Under the pieces are notes generated by a model that did no database searches, was not told the origin of the DNA, and worked only from the letters and a program-made list of their open reading frames with translations. DNA of 64,000 nucleotides from the NCBI GenBank assembly GCA_035084275.1, contig CM068742.1:46252001-46316000 (forward strand), in the 5' to 3' direction. This document shows, in pieces, positions 62,557 through 64,000 of the stretch. Position numbers and translations under genes: made by a program. Within the stretch, counting starts at the first letter, position 1. Every line of letters starts with the position of its first letter. This DNA is from Hydrolagus colliei (Eukaryota).

Positions 62557-62938
62557 GTAATAATAATAACCCTTGCATTTGATATAGTGCATCATCACGT
62601 CTTCTGAATGTCATGATGAAAGCGCTTAAGAGAATATACTGTAAAATTAATTGGCTGTATATTTTGTAGGCAAAATGTGACAGCTAATTGCACACAGCAG
62701 TGTCTCACAAACAGGCGTGGATTGATGTGACCAATTTATTATTTATTTATTTTGTATTGTTTGAAGAAATTATCCCTGGAAAACCAATCCACCAATTGTT
62801 TAACAACCGGATTTCTACTGCTTGGTAAACAGAAGCTTATGGAGTGAAGAAACTTCACCCAACATTTTGCCTGGCTTGGAATCAAACCCAGATTTCCCAC
62901 GTGGAGGCGAGTGCTCTAACCATTGAACTGCAGGATTC
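62557..62938 (-). mobile_element. near full-length tRNA-headed DeuSINE-like SINE
   Basis: Minus-strand head AGTTCAATGGTTAGAGCAC..GGTTTGATTCC, Deu-like body and (TTA)n tail. ACAGGAAT on both sides (62548-62555, 62942-62949) may be a TSD. Confidence 0.88.
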
Positions 62939-64000
62939 TTCACAGGAATAAGGGGAATGAAAGCAAAAACACACGAAAATCAGGAAATTAACAATAATCA
63001 ACATTAGAAAAAGAGAGAATGAAGACATATATAGCGAGTGCAAGAAAAAGTGACAGAAAAAAAACGACAGACCGATTTATTGATTTTTTACTGGTTGTAA
63101 AAATGACAATGAGTTAACAAATTTCCATTCTTTTTGCTTTCCGTGATGCAAAACAAATTAAGCCTAATTAGAAATGACTTTTTTAAATTTATCAATTGAA
63201 AAGAATCACAATAAATTAATTTTACTCAAATAACAGTGCAATGTACTGTGCCTCCAGTTTTTGCGAGTGCCACCTTTGTTCCATCTGCTGCTACAACCTG
63301 TGCTTTGGGCCCCAACCCATCCCCTCCAAGCAGCAAGAATGCCACTTATTATGAATGAGGAGCTATTGTAGGTCCTGACAGGTTGATCCTGGTAGCGCCA
63401 ACTGTCTCTGAGGTCAGTGCAAACTGGCACTGCAATGACTGCAGCTTTGTCATATACAGACACAGAGTGTGGGTCACATCACCGAGGCTCAGAGCTGCTG
63501 CAGACCTTGTGAACACCTGAAAGTGTACTGAGTGCACTCCCCATTTGCTGCTCCACTACTCTCCCCGGCAAGCTCCGCTACCCCGAAATGTTTCTTGATA
63601 TAAAATAAAACAGACCAGTGGACATCTGCAAAGCTTCAGAAATCCCTTTGAAATCCAGGTGAGGGCAACTTCTCATCCTGAAAATCCATTCCAGTTCTCA
63701 AGGATTCTTGGACATGTAATTTCAGCCCTTCCATTGAATCTCCTGGAGCATTCCAGAGAGGATCTTCTGTATGATCAATGGATGTGGTGGAATAAAGCCC
63801 GAAGCTGTTAGCCTTGTGAGTTTATATATTGCTGCCCTTTTATGGTAGGGCTTTCCTCATATTTCTGGTCTCATAAATCATTCTTATGCCTTCAGACTCA
63901 TCAATATGGATACCAGCTTTATCACAGAATCTTGACACTGTAGGCGTTTCCTTTTGAAAGCCAGCCAGTCTTGCAGGCCCTGCTTCTTCAGAATCCGCCC

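Overview
Vertebrate genomic DNA, most likely from a cartilaginous fish (inferred from the repeat families). No host protein-coding gene is recognisable. The anchor feature is an intact miR-9 hairpin on the + strand (8088-8175) whose flanks and loop resemble the miR-9-2 paralogue (LINC00461/MEF2C neighbourhood in mammals). The first ~22 kb is CpG-retaining, has no recognisable retroposons and carries many motif-dense blocks. In it the miRNA is bracketed by two related GC-skewed tandem repeats in opposite orientation. The upstream one (6.4-7.0 kb) is G-rich on +. The downstream one (13.1-14.9 kb) is G-rich on - and is built from GGGCT/GAGCT pentamers like an immunoglobulin switch region. The remaining ~42 kb is AT-rich and CpG-poor, with L2-clade LINE fragments, tRNA-headed DeuSINE-like SINEs, CR1 3' ends, ancient AmnSINE2-like and LF-SINE-like relics and a few strong hairpins. 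L2 copies repeatedly sit inside or against an antisense relative. Family names come from remembered consensus sequences, not database searches. There are three assembly gaps.
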